DNA of 64,000 nucleotides from an uncultured bacterium (GTDB lineage Bacteria; Muiribacteriota; Ozemobacteria; Ozemobacterales; Ozemobacteraceae): NCBI GenBank assembly GCA_964596185.1, contig CAZQUE010000001.1, positions 6,545 to 70,544 of the forward strand, read 5' to 3'. Shown piece by piece: positions 56,572 to 64,000 of this stretch (position 1 is its first letter; each line of letters starts with the position of its first letter). The notes under the pieces were generated by a model. It saw only the letters and a program-made list of their open reading frames with translations, ran no database searches and was not told where the DNA came from. The position numbers and the translations under genes were made by a program.

Positions 56572-57551
56572 TTGTTCTGGTCACTGGCGGGGCTGGGTAT
56601 ATTGGCAGTCAATGCTGCCGGGCATTAAAAAATGCCGGCCTCGTTCCCGTCGTTTTCGATAATTTTGAAAATGGTTATCGGGAAAATGTCCAATGGGGCG
56701 AATATTTTGAAGGCGATATCAGGCGGCTTGAAGATCTTCAGGCCGCTTTTTCGAGATTTCAGCCCGAAGCGGTAATGCATTTTGCCGCCTATGCTTATGT
56801 TGGCGAATCGGTTAAAAAACCTGAAAAGTATTACAAAAACAATCTGTATGGCAGTCTGAATTTACTGGAAGTGATGCGCGAGTTTCAGGTTAAAAAGCTG
56901 ATTTTCAGCTCCAGCTGTGCCACCTATGGAATGCCAGAGCAGGTGCCAATTGTCGAAACACAATCGCAGTTGCCGGTGAACCCCTATGGTAACACGAAAC
57001 TGATGATGGAAATGATGATGCGAGACTATGCCGCTGCCGGACATCTGGACTTTGTGGCGTTGCGTTACTTCAATGCTGCCGGCGCATCTTCCGATGCAGA
57101 AATAGGTGAAAACCATGTGCCCGAAACCCATCTTATTCCCCTGGTTCTGGATGCGGCAAGCGGTCGTCGTCCCGCTGTGACTGTTTTTGGCGATGATTAT
57201 CCAACCGAAGACGGAACCTGCATCAGAGATTATATTCACGTCGAAGACCTGGCCGAAGCCCATTTGCTGGCTTTGAAAATGCTGTTGAAGCACAGCGGTG
57301 CTTTTGCCTTCAACCTCGGAAACGGTAAGGGCTTCTCGGTGCTACAGATCATTTCTGCTGTAGAAAAAGTGACTGGAAAAAAAGTTCCGTATCAGGTCGG
57401 GCCAAGAAGGGCGGGCGACCCTGCCGTGCTGGTTGGTGACGCTTCTTTGGCCCGTAAGAAGCTTGGCTGGAATCCGCGATACATTGATATTGAAGAAATA
57501 ATCGCACATGCCTGGAATTATTATAAAAGGCTTCTAAACAAGGAGATCTGA
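56568..57551 (+). CDS. galE: UDP-glucose 4-epimerase
   Basis: VLVTGGAGYIGS NAD motif, catalytic S...YxxxK (PYGNTK), roughly 330 aa SDR-extended. Confidence 0.75.
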   Translation: MIVLVTGGAGYIGSQCCRALKNAGLVPVVFDNFENGYRENVQWGEYFEGDIRRLEDLQAAFSRFQPEAVMHFAAYAYVGESVKKPEKYYKNNLYGSLNLLEVMREFQVKKLIFSSSCATYGMPEQVPIVETQSQLPVNPYGNTKLMMEMMMRDYAAAGHLDFVALRYFNAAGASSDAEIGENHVPETHLIPLVLDAASGRRPAVTVFGDDYPTEDGTCIRDYIHVEDLAEAHLLALKMLLKHSGAFAFNLGNGKGFSVLQIISAVEKVTGKKVPYQVGPRRAGDPAVLVGDASLARKKLGWNPRYIDIEEIIAHAWNYYKRLLNKEI

Positions 57552-57553
57552 AG

Positions 57554-58540
57554 ATGTTCGCTGGTAAAACTATCCTGATAACAGGCGGCACAGGGTCTTT
57601 TGGTAAGGCCTTCGTTCGCAAGGCTCTGAAAGAATATGATTTCAAAAAAATAATTGTTTACTCGAGAGATGAGTTTAAACAATATCACATGGCCAAAGCC
57701 TTCCCCTCAGATCGTTTGCGGTTTTTTATTGGCGATGTTCGCGATGCAAGCAGGGTTTATCGTGCCATGGCCGGGGGGGTCGACTATGTTATACATGCGG
57801 CGGCGATGAAGCACGTAACCGCTTCTGAATATAATCCTTTTGAAGCAGTGCAAACCAATGTTATCGGTGCGCAAAATATTGTCAATGCCGCCATTGACGC
57901 TGGCGTGCAAAAAGTTGTTGCTTTGAGTACAGATAAAGCTTGTAATCCGGTAAACCTTTACGGAGCAACCAAACTTTGCTCTGACAAATTATTCATTGCT
58001 GCCAACGCTTATTCTGGAAAAATGGTTACCCGGTTCGCTGTGGTTCGATATGGCAACGTTATCGGCAGTCGCGGTAGCGTCGTGCCCCTTTACAAAGAAC
58101 TTTCTCCATCAGGCGAATTGCCGGTAACTGATGAAAGAATGACCCGGTTCTGGATAACTCTGCCGCAAGCAGTGCAATTTGTTGCCGATTCTTTTGCAAT
58201 TATGAACGGTGGCGAACTTTTCATTCCCAAAATTCCGAGTATGAAGATAACTGATCTTGCTGAGGCAGTCGTTCCGGGCTGTCGAAAGAAAATTATCGGC
58301 ATCCGGCCCGGAGAAAAGTTACATGAGATGATGATTTCCCGCGATGATTCGCGCAACCTTTACGAATTAGAAGATCGTTATATCAAAATGCCCGACTTTC
58401 CTTTCTGGAAAACGGTTTTACCGGATGGAGCTCTGCAGGTTGACGAAGGTTTTGAATTTGCCAGTGACACGAATAAACTATGGTTGAACGTTGAGCAATT
58501 AAGAACTTTGCTTGATGAAGACGGAGTGATCGAGAAATGA
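57554..58540 (+). CDS. pseB: UDP-N-acetylglucosamine 4,6-dehydratase (inverting), PseB/FlaA1
   Basis: Strong match to PseB: ILITGGTGSFGK...IIVYSRDEFKQ...RFFIGDVRD...IHAAAMKHV...EYNPFEAVQTNVIGAQN. Confidence 0.85.
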   Translation: MFAGKTILITGGTGSFGKAFVRKALKEYDFKKIIVYSRDEFKQYHMAKAFPSDRLRFFIGDVRDASRVYRAMAGGVDYVIHAAAMKHVTASEYNPFEAVQTNVIGAQNIVNAAIDAGVQKVVALSTDKACNPVNLYGATKLCSDKLFIAANAYSGKMVTRFAVVRYGNVIGSRGSVVPLYKELSPSGELPVTDERMTRFWITLPQAVQFVADSFAIMNGGELFIPKIPSMKITDLAEAVVPGCRKKIIGIRPGEKLHEMMISRDDSRNLYELEDRYIKMPDFPFWKTVLPDGALQVDEGFEFASDTNKLWLNVEQLRTLLDEDGVIEK

Positions 58541-59739
58541 AATTTTTGCCATACGGTCGCCAGCAGATAACCGAAGATGATATTTCCGCGGTTGTAAAAA
58601 CGTTGAAATCTGACTTTTTAACTCAGGGTCCGGCGGTTGAAAATTTCGAAAGCGCTTTTTGCAATGCTGTTGGCGCAAAATTCGCCATCGCTTGCAGTAA
58701 TGGAACCGCCGGTCTGCATCTTGCAGCCGTCAGTGCCGACATTTCAGCCGGCGATGTTGTGATCGTTCCGGCAGTAACCTTCGTTGCCAGTGCAAATTGC
58801 GCCAGATATGTCGGTGCAGATGTCGTTTTCGCGGATATCAATACGGATGATCTGACCGTTTCAGCCATAGATTGCGAACGCCATATCAAAAGATTGTTTG
58901 AACAGGGGCGAGCGGTAAAAGCTCTGGTAACAGTAGATCTGGCCGGACATCCCTGTGATATGCAGGCTTTTTCTGAATTGAGGACCAGATACGGTTTTGT
59001 CTGGATACATGATGCCTGTCATTCTCTCGGCGGATCGTGGCGGGATAGCAACGGAAAAACCTGGAAGACAGGAGAGTTTCCCGGCCCGGATTTCACCGTT
59101 TTCAGCTTTCATCCGGTAAAACATATTACCAGTGGTGAGGGAGGAATGATTACCACTCATAATCAGGTTTTTGCTGAGCGCCTCAGGTTTTTCAGGACCC
59201 ATGGCATTACCAAAGACGCAAATCATTTTCAGAAGAAAGAGCAAGCGTATGATTCTGACGGCAATCTTAATCCCTGGTATTATGAAATGCAGGGATTAGG
59301 GTTCAACTATCGTTTGACCGATTTCCAAGCGGCTCTGGCTCAATCTCAGCTACAGCGTCTTTCTGAATTCATCGGCCGACGGCGCGAAATCGTCGCATTT
59401 TACAAAACGAAGTTGGCCGATATTGAGGTCGTTAGATTTCCTGGAGTTCGCGAAAATATTCAACACGCTTATCATTTGGCGGTTATTGAGCTGGATTTTG
59501 AGAAAATCGGCAAAAGCAGGGCAGTTGTTATGAACGAACTGCGCGAAAGAGGTATTGGAACTCAGGTTCATTATATCCCGATTCCGATGATGCCTTATTA
59601 TTCAGATGGTGCCTGTCTTGCCGAAATTCCAATGGCAATGAATTATTATCGACGGGCGCTTTCGATTCCCTGCTTTCCGGATCTTGTCGAAGAAGATCTG
59701 AGGCGAGTCGTGCGGTCGATCGAGGAAGTAGTTACATGA
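58537..59739 (+). CDS. pseC: DegT/DnrJ/EryC1-family PLP aminotransferase, PseC-like (UDP-4-amino-4,6-dideoxy-sugar transaminase)
   Basis: PLP-lysine context SFHPVKHITSGEGG, DegT-family length, directly after pseB with start/stop overlap. Confidence 0.75.
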   Translation: MKFLPYGRQQITEDDISAVVKTLKSDFLTQGPAVENFESAFCNAVGAKFAIACSNGTAGLHLAAVSADISAGDVVIVPAVTFVASANCARYVGADVVFADINTDDLTVSAIDCERHIKRLFEQGRAVKALVTVDLAGHPCDMQAFSELRTRYGFVWIHDACHSLGGSWRDSNGKTWKTGEFPGPDFTVFSFHPVKHITSGEGGMITTHNQVFAERLRFFRTHGITKDANHFQKKEQAYDSDGNLNPWYYEMQGLGFNYRLTDFQAALAQSQLQRLSEFIGRRREIVAFYKTKLADIEVVRFPGVRENIQHAYHLAVIELDFEKIGKSRAVVMNELRERGIGTQVHYIPIPMMPYYSDGACLAEIPMAMNYYRRALSIPCFPDLVEEDLRRVVRSIEEVVT

Positions 59740-60509
59740 TCAAAAATCAGGTAATAATTCAGGCGAGAATGGGTTCATCCAGATTGCCGGGAAAAGTTTT
59801 GCTGCCGCTGAATGGTCGTCCGGTTCTTGAATATGTTGTACGGCGCAGCGCTGCTGCAGCAAGAGTTGAAAATGTTGTTGTTGCTACCAGCGATTTGTCA
59901 GAAGATGATACTATCGAAAATTGGTGTCGTGAAAATGGAGTTGCCTGGATAAGAGGTAGCTCAGATGATGTACTCGGGCGCTATTTGCATGCCGAAAAAA
60001 GATACCCATGTCAAAACATTGTTAGAATCACTGCCGATTGCCCATTAGTCGACCCAGGTATAATAGATTCAATGCTGGCTTTGCATCAATCAACCGGCGC
60101 CGATTACACATCAAATGAGGTTCCACCTACTTTTCCCATCGGCTTCGATGTTGAAGTTGTTAAAACATCCATTTTAAAAAAAGTTGATGGGTTGGCCACT
60201 CTAAAATCCCATCGTGAGCATGTTACACTTTATATTCGTGAACATACTTCGGATTTTAAAATTCTAAACCTTGATTCCGGACTTTCAAAAAATGATGCCC
60301 GTCTGACTCTCGACCGACCAGAGGACTATGATGCTTTGAAGGCTTTGTTGGCTTATTTCCCTAAAGACGAAATTCTCTTTTCTTTTTATCAGATTATGCG
60401 CTTGATGAGAGCCAATCCCGAGATCGCCAAAATCAATTCCGACATAGACCGTTTTGAGGGACTAAAAAAGTCGATTAAGGCCGAAAAACGAAAGTTAAAA
60501 TGGCAATAA
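59736..60509 (+). CDS. pseF: Nonulosonic acid cytidylyltransferase (PseF/NeuA-like CMP-sugar synthetase)
   Basis: IIQARMGSSRLPGKVL...VVVATSD motif of the CMP-NeuAc/CMP-Pse synthetase family. Confidence 0.7.
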   Translation: MIKNQVIIQARMGSSRLPGKVLLPLNGRPVLEYVVRRSAAAARVENVVVATSDLSEDDTIENWCRENGVAWIRGSSDDVLGRYLHAEKRYPCQNIVRITADCPLVDPGIIDSMLALHQSTGADYTSNEVPPTFPIGFDVEVVKTSILKKVDGLATLKSHREHVTLYIREHTSDFKILNLDSGLSKNDARLTLDRPEDYDALKALLAYFPKDEILFSFYQIMRLMRANPEIAKINSDIDRFEGLKKSIKAEKRKLKWQ

Positions 60510-61780
60510 CTCTTTCAAGAAGAGGATTGCTAAACGCTCCGGTTGCCGTTTTTCGTGTTGATGCGGGGCCTGGCTTGGGCATGACTCATTTTATGCGCTG
60601 TCGGGCTTTGGCGATTGAATTGCTTAGAAGAAGCTGGATTGTTCATTTTGTTGGCCATGGTTTGCCTGAAGAAATGCTGTTTTATCGTGGCAAAAATTTG
60701 GCAATCAACTATATTCCGTTTCCATCATATCGGGAAAGCGAACAAGATGTCAGGGCTTTTATACGACTGTTGCGCGAGAGCTTCTTTCGAAATCTAGCCT
60801 GCATAATTGTAGATTCTTATCGTTTCAATCGAGACGACTATGTGAGACTGCAGTTTTACGACGACAGGGTTCCGGTTGCTGTAATCAACGATGTTGCCGA
60901 ACATGACACCCCTGCTCAGGTTGTTATTAACCCCAATCCTCTTTTTTCGCCGGAACCTTACGAACGGCAAAGAATCCCTTCAATACTTTGTGGAGAAGCC
61001 TATACTTTGATTCGCCCGGAAATTACTGCTTTGCGCGATCGGAAATACAACCCAGACGGGCCATTGCTTATCAATATGGGCGGGGTTAATCAGGCAACAC
61101 TAACAGTTTTACAAGCTCTGCCAGATCTTTGTGAAAGAAAAGTGATTGTTTTTGTTGATCAAGATTCTTTAAGTGAAGAAATACAGGCCTGGGAAAATGA
61201 ATGTCCACAAATGAGGAGGATTGAAACAAGTGTTTCGCGCTTGCCGGAATTGCTTTTTGAATCAGCAATAACCATCTCTGGCGGCGGTGAAATACTTTGG
61301 GAAATATATTGTCTGGGTATTCCCAATATTTGTATTGTTTGGGCGGAAAACTCCAATAATTCAACGCTTATTATAAAGGATCAGGCCACAGGTTTTCTTA
61401 TAGATGTTTTAAGCAATATCAATGTCGAACTGCGATCAGATATGCTTGAAAGCGGCTTAAACAAAATTGTCGAAACATTGGGGCCGCCAGGTAAGACCAG
61501 GGTTGTTCACGAAATTGGATTTCGTACTGCTGAAATCATTAACAAACACGAAACCAGTATTGCCATAGATGGTCTTGAATCGGTCGATAAGAAAACTTTA
61601 CGTAAGGCTTTATCGCGACTAACTTCTGCATGCGGCTTTCCTCAGGAGATGATGGAAAAGCAGCGTGAGCTCATTGACGGTCTTGGCGCACAAAGAATTG
61701 CTGAAGTTCTCGAGCAGCAAAAATGGCAGGAAGTTTCGTTATTCGCTTCCGACTATTCAAGATACCCGGATTCTTTTTGA
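60500..61780 (+). CDS. pseG: PseG-like UDP-2,4-diacetamido-2,4,6-trideoxyhexose hydrolase (GT-B, MurG-like) with an unusually long C-terminal extension
   Basis: N-terminus AVFRVDAGPGLGMTHFMRCRALA matches the PseG FRxDxxxxIGxGHxMRC signature. Total 426 aa versus roughly 280-300 typical. Confidence 0.55.
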   Translation: MAITLSRRGLLNAPVAVFRVDAGPGLGMTHFMRCRALAIELLRRSWIVHFVGHGLPEEMLFYRGKNLAINYIPFPSYRESEQDVRAFIRLLRESFFRNLACIIVDSYRFNRDDYVRLQFYDDRVPVAVINDVAEHDTPAQVVINPNPLFSPEPYERQRIPSILCGEAYTLIRPEITALRDRKYNPDGPLLINMGGVNQATLTVLQALPDLCERKVIVFVDQDSLSEEIQAWENECPQMRRIETSVSRLPELLFESAITISGGGEILWEIYCLGIPNICIVWAENSNNSTLIIKDQATGFLIDVLSNINVELRSDMLESGLNKIVETLGPPGKTRVVHEIGFRTAEIINKHETSIAIDGLESVDKKTLRKALSRLTSACGFPQEMMEKQRELIDGLGAQRIAEVLEQQKWQEVSLFASDYSRYPDSF

Positions 61781-61907
61781 ATCCGGTTTTGCCAGAAAAA
61801 AAACAGCGCAGACTGTTGTCGTTCGATAAAAAATAATTTCCTGGCTCAACTTCTTAGCCGATAAGTATTAAGAATACTATCTAAATCGGGAAAAGGGCAG
61901 GTGGCAA

Positions 61908-63830
61908 ATGAAATCTTCAGTCTATGCAAAGAATATGAAGGTTCTGAGAAAGCGCATGGGGGTGCTCGATCGTGCCTTGCAGATGAGCCAGGGGTCAGAA
62001 TGTGAGTATATTGTCGAGCAAGCAAAAAACAGTTCAAAAACCCTTGCAATCAAAAAAGACGACAAGATTTTCCAGATTCACAGTAAGTATAATCCACAGC
62101 GCGAGGCTTCTCAGCAGGTAAAAAACATGGGTTTTAGAAACCCTAAGATGCTCGTGATTCTAGGGTTGGGCTTGGGTTATCATATTCGTGCCTGTCTCGA
62201 AGAGCTCAAAGATGAGAATTTATTTATTGTTGTTATTGAAAAAGATATCGAGGCTCTGCGTGCAGCTCTTGAAAGTGTTGACATCACAGATTTGCTCAAT
62301 TCACAAAAGATTCGCTGGGTAATCGGTGTACCTGAAGAGGATGGTTTTGCAGTGCTAAATGACATGATCAAGCAGGCAGGCATAGGATTTCAGTTGTTTT
62401 TGAAGACCTTGCATATTTTTGATCATCCGGTTCTTGATAAAGTCCACGGTGACTATCACAAAAATATGCTCAAAGCCTTTAGAGAAGCTGCACATGCAGT
62501 AATTTTCAACTATGGCAACTGCCCCGCAGATTCAATGATGGGCGTTGAGAATATCATGAAAAATCTTGCCACAATCATGCGAAACCCTGGAGTAAAAGAC
62601 CTTTATGGAGCATTTAAGGGAGTTCCTGGGATTCTAGTCTCTACCGGCCCCTCGCTTGATAAAAATGTTGAAGAGCTTAAAAATGCTCTTGGCAAGTGCG
62701 TTATGATCAGCGCTGATTCGGCTTTGAAGGTCTTGTTAAAGCACGATATTACACCACATGCGGCGGTGAGTCTTGAAAGAATTATTCAAGTTGCGAAAAT
62801 GTTTGAAGAATTGCCGGAAGACTACAAGGAAAAGATTTGGCTGGCAGCATCTCCGGTCATTAGAAAAGAATCCTATGACGCCTGGAATGGGCCAACTTTT
62901 ATGGTTTATCGTGCCTTCGCTCATTTTGAATGGATAAACATGCCAAAGGGAACGATGAACATTGGTCCTTCGTGTTCAAATATGGCTTTCAAAATTCTCG
63001 AGGCTATGGGTTGTGACCCAATAATTCTTGTTGGCCAGGATTGTGCCTTTCAAAGCGCCGAAAAAACACATGCAGACGGAGCTCCAAGCGTTACCAACCT
63101 GAATTATAAAGAAAGAGATCTGATTAAGCTGAAAGGAAACTATCAGGACTGGGTTTACAGTAGCGAAATCTTTAACATGTTTAGAAAAAGTTTTGTTACT
63201 GATATTGCCCAGTATCGTGGAAAATGTATTAATGCCACCGAGGGTGGAGCCTTTATTGAAGGCGCACATTTGATGCCATTGAAAGAAGCAATTGCCCAAT
63301 ATTGCAAGAGTTCTGTTGAGACTTTGGAAATTTTTAAACGAAAGCTTCATTACCCCACAGAGCTTGAGATAAAAGAAGTTTACAGGAATTTTTCTCAAAC
63401 CATTCGAGAAACTCGCAAAGAAGTAGAGGGGGTTATAGAATATTGCGATAAAGGCAAAAAGATGATAGATGAATTTGAAGAACGCCTCGAAAAAGAGGGG
63501 TTTGCCGAAATAGAAGACTTTCTAGAGCGTTTTCCAGACGATGATTTAGATCAGATCCATACCGAAATGACGATGGCCCGGAGTAAGATTATTACCTTTG
63601 GCAAATATTTCAACCTTTATCTCATGCATATTGTTCAAATGATCATTGTTAAATTTGAAATGGATTTTAATGAGTTGCCCTGTCTGTGCGAAGATAAAAA
63701 ACGTTGCAAGTTGCAGGGAATCAAACTTATGAAAAGGTGGTTCCCCACTATTGGCGATGTGTGCCGCTTATCCTTGAACTTGTTAAATGAAGCCGCTGAG
63801 GATCTTGAAAAAGAGTTTGGAAAAGCATGA
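61908..63830 (+). CDS. maf: Motility accessory factor (Maf/DUF115), paralog 2
   Basis: GVPGILVSTGPSLDKN...ISADSALKVLLKHDITPHAAVS... is the same DUF115 core as the 38705 paralog. Confidence 0.7.
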   Translation: MKSSVYAKNMKVLRKRMGVLDRALQMSQGSECEYIVEQAKNSSKTLAIKKDDKIFQIHSKYNPQREASQQVKNMGFRNPKMLVILGLGLGYHIRACLEELKDENLFIVVIEKDIEALRAALESVDITDLLNSQKIRWVIGVPEEDGFAVLNDMIKQAGIGFQLFLKTLHIFDHPVLDKVHGDYHKNMLKAFREAAHAVIFNYGNCPADSMMGVENIMKNLATIMRNPGVKDLYGAFKGVPGILVSTGPSLDKNVEELKNALGKCVMISADSALKVLLKHDITPHAAVSLERIIQVAKMFEELPEDYKEKIWLAASPVIRKESYDAWNGPTFMVYRAFAHFEWINMPKGTMNIGPSCSNMAFKILEAMGCDPIILVGQDCAFQSAEKTHADGAPSVTNLNYKERDLIKLKGNYQDWVYSSEIFNMFRKSFVTDIAQYRGKCINATEGGAFIEGAHLMPLKEAIAQYCKSSVETLEIFKRKLHYPTELEIKEVYRNFSQTIRETRKEVEGVIEYCDKGKKMIDEFEERLEKEGFAEIEDFLERFPDDDLDQIHTEMTMARSKIITFGKYFNLYLMHIVQMIIVKFEMDFNELPCLCEDKKRCKLQGIKLMKRWFPTIGDVCRLSLNLLNEAAEDLEKEFGKA

Positions 63831-64000
63831 GCCAAAAAGCATTTGAATTCTGTGGCAGATTTGTTGGCGCAGGTTTCCCCTGTATCGTCGTCGCGGAAAT
63901 TTCCTGCAATCACCAACAAAACATGAATATTGCCTTAAAAATGATTGAAGTGGCAAAAGCTGCCGGAGCTGATGCAGTCAAATTTCAGGCATACACTCCA
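63827..64000 (+). CDS. pseI: Pseudaminic acid synthase PseI (NeuB family), N-terminal part; continues beyond the window
   Basis: ...GRFVGAGFPCIVVAEISCNHQQNMNIALKMIEVAKAAGADAVKFQAY is the NeuB/PseI N-terminal TIM-barrel signature. ATG overlaps the maf stop (ATGA). Confidence 0.75.
   Translation, partial: MSQKAFEFCGRFVGAGFPCIVVAEISCNHQQNMNIALKMIEVAKAAGADAVKFQAYTP

Overview
This window reads as one large flagellar filament and flagellin-glycosylation region of a diderm (LPS-containing) bacterium. GC is mid-40s percent. The lpxC-fabZ fusion suggests an FCB-group-like or other deep-branching diderm lineage; I cannot name the taxon.

Gene order:
- Outer-membrane and lipid A cluster (1-4969): partial bamA, skp-like chaperone, lpxD, an unknown signal-peptide protein, a fused lpxC-fabZ, and lpxA.
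- Late flagellar block (5026-12821): comF-like, flgM, flgN, flgK, a giant repeat-containing flgL, fliW and csrA. The order comF-flgM-flgN-flgK-flgL-fliW-csrA-flagellin matches the Bacillus subtilis arrangement as I recall it.
- Six very large flagellin paralogs (747-866 aa) between 12983 and 34280. Five of them, plus the flaG-fliD operon, carry the same bipartite 5' leader: a GCGCAAGGATGCGC-type hairpin followed by GATTCATGGAGGAATC over the Shine-Dalgarno. This looks like a CsrA/FliW control site.
- A redox/sulfur module sits inside the flagellin array (15658-20420): a divergent CoA-disulfide-reductase-rhodanese gene, thioredoxin, and a CoADR-rhodanese-TusA-DsrE fusion, with GTTGCGCAAC palindromes in the shared intergenic region.
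- Filament cap region (34490-41274): a small ORF, flaG, a giant fliD, an acidic unknown protein, a Maf/DUF115 protein, fliS and a YjfB-like small protein.
- An accessory sugar-decoration island (41395-49734): a radical-SAM fusion with a degenerate cytidylyltransferase-like N-terminus, a stand-alone pterin-4a-carbinolamine dehydratase, an ACP, an AAC(3)-like acyltransferase, a methyltransferase, an FkbH-like HAD enzyme, a Cj1295-like M28/DUF4910 protein and a FemAB-like acyltransferase.
- On the minus strand (49741-54143): a secreted Cys/Lys/His-rich LTxxQ (CpxP/ZraP-like) protein, two unknown secreted proteins and an LptF/G permease.
- Sugar-nucleotide genes and the pseudaminic acid pathway (54247-64000): ugd, a nucleotidyltransferase, galE, pseB, pseC, pseF, pseG, a second Maf protein and partial pseI.

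No CRISPR array, transposase or integrase was seen. The best candidate for something undescribed is the radical-SAM / PCD / glyceryl-ACP island, which probably makes an elaborated flagellin nonulosonic acid. The thioredoxin/persulfide-reductase module embedded in the flagellin array is the second candidate.
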